Below, in pieces: positions 37,748-45,669 of a DNA stretch of 64,000 nt (position 1 is the first letter of the stretch; the number at the start of each line of letters is the position of its first letter). Origin of the DNA: Gemmatimonadota bacterium. Its GTDB lineage: Bacteria; Latescibacterota; UBA2968; UBA8231. The DNA is taken from NCBI GenBank assembly GCA_018672475.1, contig JABHFS010000116.1:621-64620 (forward strand), in the 5' to 3' direction. The position numbers and the translations under genes were made by a program. The notes beneath the pieces are model-generated. The model ran no database searches. It saw only the letters and a program-made list of their open reading frames with translations, and had not been told where the DNA came from.

Positions 37748-39601
37748 GTGAAAAAGGTTCAGATATGGGTAGTGGGGTTGGCTGTGATCTTGTTTGGTGA
37801 GAGCGGGGCACGCGAGATCTATCAGTTGGGGGGAACTGGGGGCGTCGCGTGGAACGAGGTCGGTACAGCAACTTTTCTCGACGTCGATAAGTTGCCCGGC
37901 GGGATCCAGCCGCTCGAGACTGAGATCGGCGACAACCTGATCACCACGATGCAAAGTCGCGGCGGAGATCTGACTAGCCTGGTGAGTATTTACACCCTAC
38001 CGGGAGACTGGCAAGAGCAGCGCGTTTTGTTAGTAGATGGGGATTCGACAACGGCCTTCGTGCATCCGCCGCGCATCAATTTTTTTGCCACTTATTCCGG
38101 TATTCCCTTTTACACTGTGCCGATGTTCTTCGACTTGGGTGCGCCATTCCAGGTCGAACGGATCCGCTTTGGCGTAAGGAGCGATCAGCCAGGGCGCAAG
38201 ATTCGCCAGTTTCGCTTCTATGTCAACGACGGGCGCGAAGAAAGTAAGAACGACAAGGGCGATTTGATCTGGACTTTGTTGCGCGACGAAAAGGACAATT
38301 TGAAAACCTTGGTCGAATTTGAGATCGAACCGCAAGTGGTGCGTCATCTCTACCTGCACCCGCACGAATCGGGAGAGATTTGGGAGGTTGCCGAGTTTGA
38401 AGCATACGGACGCGGTTTTGTGCCGAGCGCATCCTTTGTCTCCGACCCGATCGACCTGGGGCAAGTTTCGAGTTTGGGGCGCATTTGGTGGAATGGCAAC
38501 CTCGATCCGCAGGCCAAAATTCTGATTCAGACCCGCAGCGGCGACGACGAGCAACCCGAGATTTACTGGCGCAAGACCGGCGTCGGCGAAGAAGAAGTGC
38601 CCCTGGGCCAGAACGGCCAACCGATGACCCGCCAAGAGTATTTGGCGATGCCGCAAAATGTGCAGGGCAAGGTCACCCAGGATCTGAAAAACTGGAGCGT
38701 CTGGCAGACATATGAATACGCGGACGGGCTCGCGGGTACTCGAATACTCTCGCCCGGTCCTCGGCAATTCATGCAATTGCGCGTTGACTTTTTTTCTACC
38801 GGTCAACAGGGCGGGCAGGTCGATTCCCTCTATTTTGAGTATTCCCAGCCGCCCGTGGTCAGGGAGGTAGTAGGCGAGATTCACCCGGCCTCGGTGAATT
38901 CGTTCGAGCCGGTTCGTTTTACCTATGCGATAAGGACGCGTTTGGATGCGGACCAGTCGGGTTTTAACGCGCTGGAGATTCGCACGCCCGCTCAGTTAGA
39001 AATAGTGCATAGCGTGCGCATCGACCGTGAAGTCGTGGCATTCGAACAGGAATCAGCTATAGATGATCCGCACAGCTTTAAGATCAGCTTCCCGCGAATC
39101 GCAACTGACCAGACTCTGTTGGAGGTGGAATTTGATGCGCGTGTATTCGTCTACGGCACGACATTTAGTGGGTCGGTGACAGACACGGCCGTCGACGAAG
39201 TCGCGCAAGAGGTGACTCCGGGAGATGCAGTGGCCGAGTTGCTCAACGACGGGTTGGGCGTACGGACCTCACTGCAAGGAGATTTACTTGGTGTGGTGGA
39301 GGCTGTGCCAAATCCGTTTTCGCCGAATGGCGACGGCATTAATGATCAGGTGGAGATCTCCTATACTCTCCAGCGCTTGACCGACGCGGTGCCCCTGTTA
39401 GCGGAAATCTACGATCTGGCCGGTCAGCGCGTGCGGCAATTGCGTGGTGCGCCGGGAGCGAGCGCGTTTTACCGGCTTGTTTGGGACGGACGGAACGAGC
39501 AGGGAGAGTTGGCCTTACCGGGGCTTTATATCGTACGTATCGTGGTCGAAGCTGATAGCGGTGACGAAGAAAAACTAAAACAGATTGGGTTGGTATACTA
39601 A
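37748..39601 (+). CDS. Secreted discoidin-like + FlgD/CHU_C-tail protein (paralog 2)
   Basis: GTG start with AAGGAG RBS; LVDGDSTTAF, FDLGAPF, EFEAYGRGF, FSPNGDGIND, WDGR; ends IGLVY. Confidence 0.82.
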   Translation: MKKVQIWVVGLAVILFGESGAREIYQLGGTGGVAWNEVGTATFLDVDKLPGGIQPLETEIGDNLITTMQSRGGDLTSLVSIYTLPGDWQEQRVLLVDGDSTTAFVHPPRINFFATYSGIPFYTVPMFFDLGAPFQVERIRFGVRSDQPGRKIRQFRFYVNDGREESKNDKGDLIWTLLRDEKDNLKTLVEFEIEPQVVRHLYLHPHESGEIWEVAEFEAYGRGFVPSASFVSDPIDLGQVSSLGRIWWNGNLDPQAKILIQTRSGDDEQPEIYWRKTGVGEEEVPLGQNGQPMTRQEYLAMPQNVQGKVTQDLKNWSVWQTYEYADGLAGTRILSPGPRQFMQLRVDFFSTGQQGGQVDSLYFEYSQPPVVREVVGEIHPASVNSFEPVRFTYAIRTRLDADQSGFNALEIRTPAQLEIVHSVRIDREVVAFEQESAIDDPHSFKISFPRIATDQTLLEVEFDARVFVYGTTFSGSVTDTAVDEVAQEVTPGDAVAELLNDGLGVRTSLQGDLLGVVEAVPNPFSPNGDGINDQVEISYTLQRLTDAVPLLAEIYDLAGQRVRQLRGAPGASAFYRLVWDGRNEQGELALPGLYIVRIVVEADSGDEEKLKQIGLVY

Positions 39602-39602
39602 T

Positions 39603-41330
39603 ATGATATGGAGCGGTGGTTGGCGGGCGGTGCTTTGTTGGGCATTGGCGTGTGGCTGTGTCGCACAAGTGGAGCAAATCGCACCAGGAGGTAACCCTGG
39701 GGTGGTGGCCAGGGTAGATTCGACGGAGATATTTGCTGCCGAGTTGCATGCCTTTGTTGAGCAGATGCCCGCGGGCCTGCGTGCGCGAACCTCGAACGAG
39801 GGGGCGCGCATGTCCTATTTGCGCAGTCTGCTGGCCAAGCACTTGCTCGAACTGGAGGCGCGCGCGCAGGGCCTGGACATATCGTTCGAAGTCCAGGCGG
39901 ACCTTATGGCACGCTGGCGCGAGCATATCCTCAAAGTTTATCGAAACGAGGTGCTAGCCTCTCAGGTGCAGATTTCCGAAGCGGACATTCGCGCTTATTT
40001 CACACAGAAGGGGTTGGACCGTCGGCGGCAGGTCGCGGGTATTTTGCTCGACGAAGAGGCTTTAGCGCATGAGATCCACGCCAGGCTGGCAGCCGGAGAA
40101 GACTTCGCCGAGTTGGCTGAGCAATACACAATCGACGAACGCTCGGCGACCCAGGGCGGTCTGCTCGGGTTTGTCGATTTAGAACGGGCGCAGCGGTTGC
40201 GGATTCCCGCGGCGGTTTTTCGCGAGTTGCAGGCTGGACAGTTTTCACCCGTGTTGCCGATGGGCAAACGCTACCAGATCGTGCGTTTCTTTCAGGATCA
40301 GCCGGTGCCCTTCGCGGAGCGGCGCCAGCAGATTTATGATTTGCTCTATGAGCGCGAGCTGGTAGTGGCAGAGCAGCGTGAAATTCGCCATTTGGAGCGA
40401 AAATTAAAACTACAGCTGGTCTCGGAAGGGGTAAAGCTGCTACAGGACAAAGCGGAGCTTTATACCCGTGTACGGCGATCTCATCTTTCCGCCGCGGAGA
40501 GTGCACAACCGTTATTTACCTATAGGGGCGGGTCCGTCACGCTGGGCGACTATGTCGATATCCTCGGCCGGGATTTGCGCAGCCTGTCGGGTTGGGGGGT
40601 GCAGGACGGAGAAGAGGTGGTGGCGGCGGCCGGCGAGTTGGTCTTGGGGCAATGGTTGATTTTTGAGGCGGCGCGGCGGGCGGCGATAACTGATGGCCGG
40701 AATCAACAGCGCTGGCTGGAGGCGAATCGCAAGGAACTAATGATTAAAAAGCTAAGAAAGCTGGAAATTATCGACAAAGTTCAGCCGGACCGCGAAGACG
40801 CCAGGGATTTTTACGAGGACAACGAGAAATTGTTCCAAACCAACGGTGAATATATCCTCGTCGAGGTGTTGTTGGAGACGGAGGTAGAAGCTGTAGAGCT
40901 GCGGCGGCAAATCGCTCGGGGAGAGCAGACCCTAGCCTCCCTCGCGCAGCAGTATCCTCTGCGGGCCGAAATGCGTGATGAGGTGGGCATGATGCACATG
41001 GGGGATTACGAGCGGCTGACCCTGCCCCGACTCTATAAGGCGGTACAGGAGGCTGAGCTGAACGCGATCGTCGGTCCGGTGGAGGTCGAGGACGGGTTCA
41101 GTCTCTTCAAAGTCCTCGATCGCGAAGAACGTAAAGTGCAACCGTTCTCTGAAGTGGAATCGAAGGCGCGCGCCCTGTTGCGCGGCCAGCAGCGGGAGCA
41201 GCGCTTTGAGGAATGGATCGACTCGCTAATGGACAAGTACGACGATCGCATCGCCATTTCCGAGCGGGCTTTGGCGGCTGCCCTTCCAGATACTTTCCTG
41301 CAACGGCTAACACGAGACGGCCAAGAGTGA
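39603..41330 (+). CDS. SurA/PpiD-like lipoprotein with two parvulin (PpiC) domains
   Basis: Lipobox-like LACGC; VVARVD..EI; GEDFAELAEQYT.D..SATQGGLLG; second degenerate parvulin domain (GPVEVEDGFSLFKV). Confidence 0.8.
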   Translation: MIWSGGWRAVLCWALACGCVAQVEQIAPGGNPGVVARVDSTEIFAAELHAFVEQMPAGLRARTSNEGARMSYLRSLLAKHLLELEARAQGLDISFEVQADLMARWREHILKVYRNEVLASQVQISEADIRAYFTQKGLDRRRQVAGILLDEEALAHEIHARLAAGEDFAELAEQYTIDERSATQGGLLGFVDLERAQRLRIPAAVFRELQAGQFSPVLPMGKRYQIVRFFQDQPVPFAERRQQIYDLLYERELVVAEQREIRHLERKLKLQLVSEGVKLLQDKAELYTRVRRSHLSAAESAQPLFTYRGGSVTLGDYVDILGRDLRSLSGWGVQDGEEVVAAAGELVLGQWLIFEAARRAAITDGRNQQRWLEANRKELMIKKLRKLEIIDKVQPDREDARDFYEDNEKLFQTNGEYILVEVLLETEVEAVELRRQIARGEQTLASLAQQYPLRAEMRDEVGMMHMGDYERLTLPRLYKAVQEAELNAIVGPVEVEDGFSLFKVLDREERKVQPFSEVESKARALLRGQQREQRFEEWIDSLMDKYDDRIAISERALAAALPDTFLQRLTRDGQE

Positions 41331-41359
41331 ACTCGCACAATTCTACCGGGGTAAGCGCG

Positions 41360-43999
41360 ATGGAACGCATGCTGAAGTACGGATCTTTGTATTTGGCCTT
41401 GTTATTGGCCGCGGGGGGCACGGTTTGCGCACAAGGGCATCGCCTGCGGGCGAACCGAGTCGAAGTGCAATCCGGCAGCCATTGGCGGGCTTGGCAGTTC
41501 CCGGCGGATATGGTGGAGATCTCACCGGCGGGTACGGTGAAGTCGAGATTTATCCAGGCGCCGCATAACGCGGTATCGGACGTCGCGGATTTCACCTATG
41601 AAATCAATGCCTCTCACAAGGATCATTACGACAATTACTTTGACGCCGAGGGGGTGGCCCTCGCGCGCGGCGGGATCAAGAAGGCCCTATCGAACGTGGG
41701 GTTGGCGGGTCGGGTATTGGACGGCGACGAGGGCAGTTTCTGGGAGCCGGATCCAGCCGACCCGTTGGCGGATTGGGTGCTCGAAATAGATTTGGGACGG
41801 CTGGTTTCGGCAACTACGCTGGTCTTGCGTTTTGCCGAAAAAGCAGATCCCTTCCTGCAGTTCAGGGTCCATTCGGCGGGCGGGCAGAATCCGTTCGGCA
41901 CATCGGACAGGAGCGGGGCGCTGGATTATGTGCTGGTCGGCGGCACGACTCAGCCCAATCGCGACCAACGTCTCTTCGAATTCGATCTCGAGCCGGTGGG
42001 GGAGCATTCCGAAGGGTGGACGGGACGCATGGTCCAGTATTTACGCGTCGCGGTTACGGCTTCGAACGGCGACCGGGCGGAATCGATAAGCGAAACAGAC
42101 TATCGCGCATTGGCCGCAGCCGATCGCGGCGCGGTCGAATATGTCTGGGAAATCGCCGGCGAGCAGCGCATAGTGTCGGAGACCCGGTATCAGGAGCTGC
42201 CGTCTGAGCAGCAAGGCGGGGTGCGCTACTTTCGCCGTGAGCGGCCCCGGCTCGCCGAGGTGGAAGTGTGGACCGTCGGGCAAAATATCGCGCAGGGGCT
42301 GATCGGGCGCGGCGGCAGCGTGCATGATGTCAATCCCAATTCCTCTCCGGAGCTGGCCTTTGACGGCAATATGCGCACGGAGTGGGCCGGTTTGGTCTAC
42401 GATGTCACCGGCGAAACGGCCGAATGGGGGTTGCTCAATATCGACCTAGGAGCGCATTTTCGCGTCGAGGCCGTGCGCTTAATCACTCGCGTTCTGCGCC
42501 GCAACGGCAATGTGCTCTATGGTTATCTGCTGCGTGGTTCGGATGGTTCACGGGCGCCTGATGGCAGCTTTATCTGGGATCAACTCAGTGGCAAAGACCG
42601 TCAGATAAATCAGAGTACTAGGCTTTTCGAGGATCGTTTCACCCCGGAGAATATGCGTTTTTTGGAGTTTCGCAACATGGATGTCGCCCGGCGGACCAAG
42701 GCGTATCTGGGGCATCGGGTGCCGAGCGTGGTCACCGAGATCCAGGTTTACGCCACCGGCTATTTGCCGATCCTCGAAATAAGTTCCGACCTGATCGATC
42801 TGGGCAGCGCTAAAAATTTGACGACGATCGATTGGCAGGCTGATACGCCTGCGGGTACGGCCGTGGAAGTCCGCACCCGGACGGGCAACGACTTGCGCGA
42901 GGTCTTTCGCTATTTCAAGCAGGACGGTACGGAGGTCGCCACGGAGGAAGAATACAACGAACTGCCGAGTTTTTTTAAAGGCGAGATGCTCACCGAGGTC
43001 CTGCCGGGCCCAGGGTGGAGCAATTGGAGCCAGGCTTATGTTTCGCCGGGAGAGGCTATACGTTCCCCGAGTCCGCGGCGTTATATGATGATCCAGACGC
43101 GTCTGCTGACCGATGATACGCAGGTGGCCCCCAGTATAGAAGGCATCCAGGTGAATTTTACGGCCCCCTTCGCAGAAAGCATTATCGGGGAGATCGCGCC
43201 GAATCGACAGGTTCCGGTCGGAGAACCGGTGGATTTCGATCTATTTGTGCGTCCGTCTTTCGCTGCGCAGGATCCGGGTTTTGACAGGCTTCGTCTCGTC
43301 GCCCCCTCCCGGGCGGAGTTGACCTTGAGGCAGGTGCGCCTGGGGTCGGAAGCGGAGTTGCTGACGGGGGGTGGGGAAGAATTTGTTCGGCAGGCGGATG
43401 GGGAGGTTGCCAACTCGTCGGGTTTGCTCTTGCAGGTCGTCGGAGAGCACACCGATTCGCTGAGCATCGAGTTGCCCGAAATTCTGCGTAGGGGGGGAGC
43501 CGATCTGATGGAGGTTGCCTTTACCTCGCGGATTTTTCAGAGCGGATCTACCTTTCAAGTCGAAGTGGGTAATTCAGATCAGGCAGGTAACTGGCAGGAG
43601 GTCGATCCAGGCCAGGGTGTAGGGGATGAATTGGGTGCGGGTGAGGGACTGACCGTATTGACGCCGCTCGGGGGGCGCACGGTCAAGGTAATAAGTGCGC
43701 CCGGGGTATTTACCCCGAACGGGGACGGGGCAAACGATCAGGCCATCTTTGAGTTCGCAGTGCTCAAAATTAATACCGAGCGTCCGGTCGAGGTTGAACT
43801 CTTTGATTTGGGCGGGCGCGGAGTGCGGCGCTTAGGGGAAGAGCGCGGTCAGGCCAATGGCCTTTACCGCATAGTTTGGGATGGCCGGGACGAAGCCGGC
43901 GCTCTAGTGCCGCCGGGGTTGTATCTCGCACGCATCGCTGTTGCTAGCGACAAAGGGGCGGACGACGCGATCCAACAGGTTGTGGGCGTTGCCTATTGA
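41360..43999 (+). CDS. Secreted double-discoidin-like + FlgD/CHU_C-tail protein (paralog 3)
   Basis: Signal peptide; two DGD/N...IDLG modules; EIQVYATGY; FTPNGDGAND; ends VGVAY; alternative GTG start at 41327. Confidence 0.8.
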   Translation: MERMLKYGSLYLALLLAAGGTVCAQGHRLRANRVEVQSGSHWRAWQFPADMVEISPAGTVKSRFIQAPHNAVSDVADFTYEINASHKDHYDNYFDAEGVALARGGIKKALSNVGLAGRVLDGDEGSFWEPDPADPLADWVLEIDLGRLVSATTLVLRFAEKADPFLQFRVHSAGGQNPFGTSDRSGALDYVLVGGTTQPNRDQRLFEFDLEPVGEHSEGWTGRMVQYLRVAVTASNGDRAESISETDYRALAAADRGAVEYVWEIAGEQRIVSETRYQELPSEQQGGVRYFRRERPRLAEVEVWTVGQNIAQGLIGRGGSVHDVNPNSSPELAFDGNMRTEWAGLVYDVTGETAEWGLLNIDLGAHFRVEAVRLITRVLRRNGNVLYGYLLRGSDGSRAPDGSFIWDQLSGKDRQINQSTRLFEDRFTPENMRFLEFRNMDVARRTKAYLGHRVPSVVTEIQVYATGYLPILEISSDLIDLGSAKNLTTIDWQADTPAGTAVEVRTRTGNDLREVFRYFKQDGTEVATEEEYNELPSFFKGEMLTEVLPGPGWSNWSQAYVSPGEAIRSPSPRRYMMIQTRLLTDDTQVAPSIEGIQVNFTAPFAESIIGEIAPNRQVPVGEPVDFDLFVRPSFAAQDPGFDRLRLVAPSRAELTLRQVRLGSEAELLTGGGEEFVRQADGEVANSSGLLLQVVGEHTDSLSIELPEILRRGGADLMEVAFTSRIFQSGSTFQVEVGNSDQAGNWQEVDPGQGVGDELGAGEGLTVLTPLGGRTVKVISAPGVFTPNGDGANDQAIFEFAVLKINTERPVEVELFDLGGRGVRRLGEERGQANGLYRIVWDGRDEAGALVPPGLYLARIAVASDKGADDAIQQVVGVAY

Positions 44000-44023
44000 C
44001 GGCGGACGGATGAAGTACGATAT

Positions 44024-44053
44024 AGAGCGGCCGCTTTTGCGGTCGCTTTTTTT
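44024..44053 (+). terminator. Rho-independent terminator
   Basis: AGAGCGGCCGC-TTTT-GCGGTCGCTTT followed by further Ts, between convergent genes. Confidence 0.75.
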
Positions 44054-44070
44054 GTGCTAGGCGGGCAGGT

Positions 44071-45651
44071 TTAAGGTGAAGAACTCAGGGTAATGATATC
44101 GTTGTAGAGCCGGCGTTCGTTGCCGAGAAACGTTCCATCCGCTGAAAAGAGCGGGAAGATATAAACGGGTTTGAGTATGGCCAGCCAGCCCGTCTTGCCG
44201 GGCAGGACATCGACCTCAAGGTGGCCATAGTGTTTGCCGCCGTCGACGAGGACGCCGTCGTGCCAGATTTCGCGCGCGTCGATATGGGCGATAAATTTCT
44301 GATATTTGTTTTTTAACCCTGCTTCGGGGGCGCGGAGTCCGTCGCCGCCGGTACCGATATCGTAAAAGTGGATGGTGTGGGGTATTTGTTTTCCGTCGGT
44401 GGTTTTCATGCCCACGATCTCCGAACGCTCCCATATTTCGTCGTGCCCGGCCAGGACCGCGTCGACCCCGTAGCGCATAAAGAGCGGGGTCAGAACGCGC
44501 ACCGGCACGCCCGATTGATTATCGTGCTCGTCGTCCCGCGGGCCGGGGGATTTGCCGTGCGGCCCCACCGAGTAGGGGACGTGGTGGAAGAATACGAAGG
44601 TGAATTTGCTTTTGTGTTGGGCGTCAGCGAGCTGTTTTTCGAGCCATGCATACTGGCGTGAACCCGGGCCGAAGGCGGGTGCCCGGCCGCCTTCGGGGTC
44701 TTTTTCCCCCACTAACATAAAGTTGGTGTCGCGCTTCGATTGGTTTGGACTGTTGTTGGCGACATCGAGGGCGATAAGAGTGATGGGGCCGTAATCGACG
44801 CGATAGTAGCGGCCCTTTTGCCGCGCATCGTCGGCCTGGTTGTCGGGAAATTCGAAATAGGTTCGGAAGCGGGTGATGGCTCTTTCGGAGTCGGGCTGGT
44901 TGTAGCCTTTGCCCGGCCCTGCGTAGTATTCGTGGTTGCCGGGTGTTGCGAGGATGGGTATCTGACCGGCGATGCTTTGCCTGCCGTCGGCATTGGTATT
45001 GTGCAGCCAAAATTCATCCCAGTCGCGTTGCTCTCCTCCCGATTCGACGAGATCGCCGGCGATGGCGATGAAATCGGGTCGGCGGGCAGCGATCACCGCC
45101 AGGTTCTCGCCGTAGCCCATGGTCTGATCAAGGAAATAGGTACTATCGAGTACGCTGCTCGGCCGTAGGTCGCTAACCCACTTAACGTGCTTGCCCGTGG
45201 ATTCCGGCTCGGTCTCGCAGTCGGCATAGGCGATAAAGCGAATGGGCTGCTTGGCTGTCGGGGCGGTGGTGAAGGTCGCTGCGAAATGGCTGGCGCCTTG
45301 CGTGACCTCGTAGGCATAGGCGGTCGCAGGAATCAGGTCGTTGAGACGAACTCTGTGCCGGAATGGTGATGGCGGGGCTTGGCCGCCGAAGTGGGTTTCG
45401 TTTTCTGAGGCCAGATAGGCTAGGGCGTCGGTGCGGATAGGGGTGGAGACTATGGTCGTATCGTTGCTGGTACCTTTTTTTCGATAGGTCAATCGACCGG
45501 GGGTATCGTCGTTGGAAAACCAGAGGATGCTCATACTGGCGGTCGTTGGGTTCTGAATATAGGGGAAGACGCGGAAATCGGCGCTGAAAGCCGGCCAGAC
45601 AAAGACCGCTATCGAGAATATTGCAATCAGGCATTGGGCATTCGGGCGCAT
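44071..45651 (-). CDS. Secreted calcineurin-like metallophosphoesterase with N-terminal FN3-like domain
   Basis: Signal peptide; YAD, AGDLV, PGNHEYY, HHVPYS, AGHDE. Confidence 0.85.
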   Translation of the reverse strand: MRPNAQCLIAIFSIAVFVWPAFSADFRVFPYIQNPTTASMSILWFSNDDTPGRLTYRKKGTSNDTTIVSTPIRTDALAYLASENETHFGGQAPPSPFRHRVRLNDLIPATAYAYEVTQGASHFAATFTTAPTAKQPIRFIAYADCETEPESTGKHVKWVSDLRPSSVLDSTYFLDQTMGYGENLAVIAARRPDFIAIAGDLVESGGEQRDWDEFWLHNTNADGRQSIAGQIPILATPGNHEYYAGPGKGYNQPDSERAITRFRTYFEFPDNQADDARQKGRYYRVDYGPITLIALDVANNSPNQSKRDTNFMLVGEKDPEGGRAPAFGPGSRQYAWLEKQLADAQHKSKFTFVFFHHVPYSVGPHGKSPGPRDDEHDNQSGVPVRVLTPLFMRYGVDAVLAGHDEIWERSEIVGMKTTDGKQIPHTIHFYDIGTGGDGLRAPEAGLKNKYQKFIAHIDAREIWHDGVLVDGGKHYGHLEVDVLPGKTGWLAILKPVYIFPLFSADGTFLGNERRLYNDIITLSSSP

Positions 45652-45669
45652 AAATTAGATCCTATGGCT

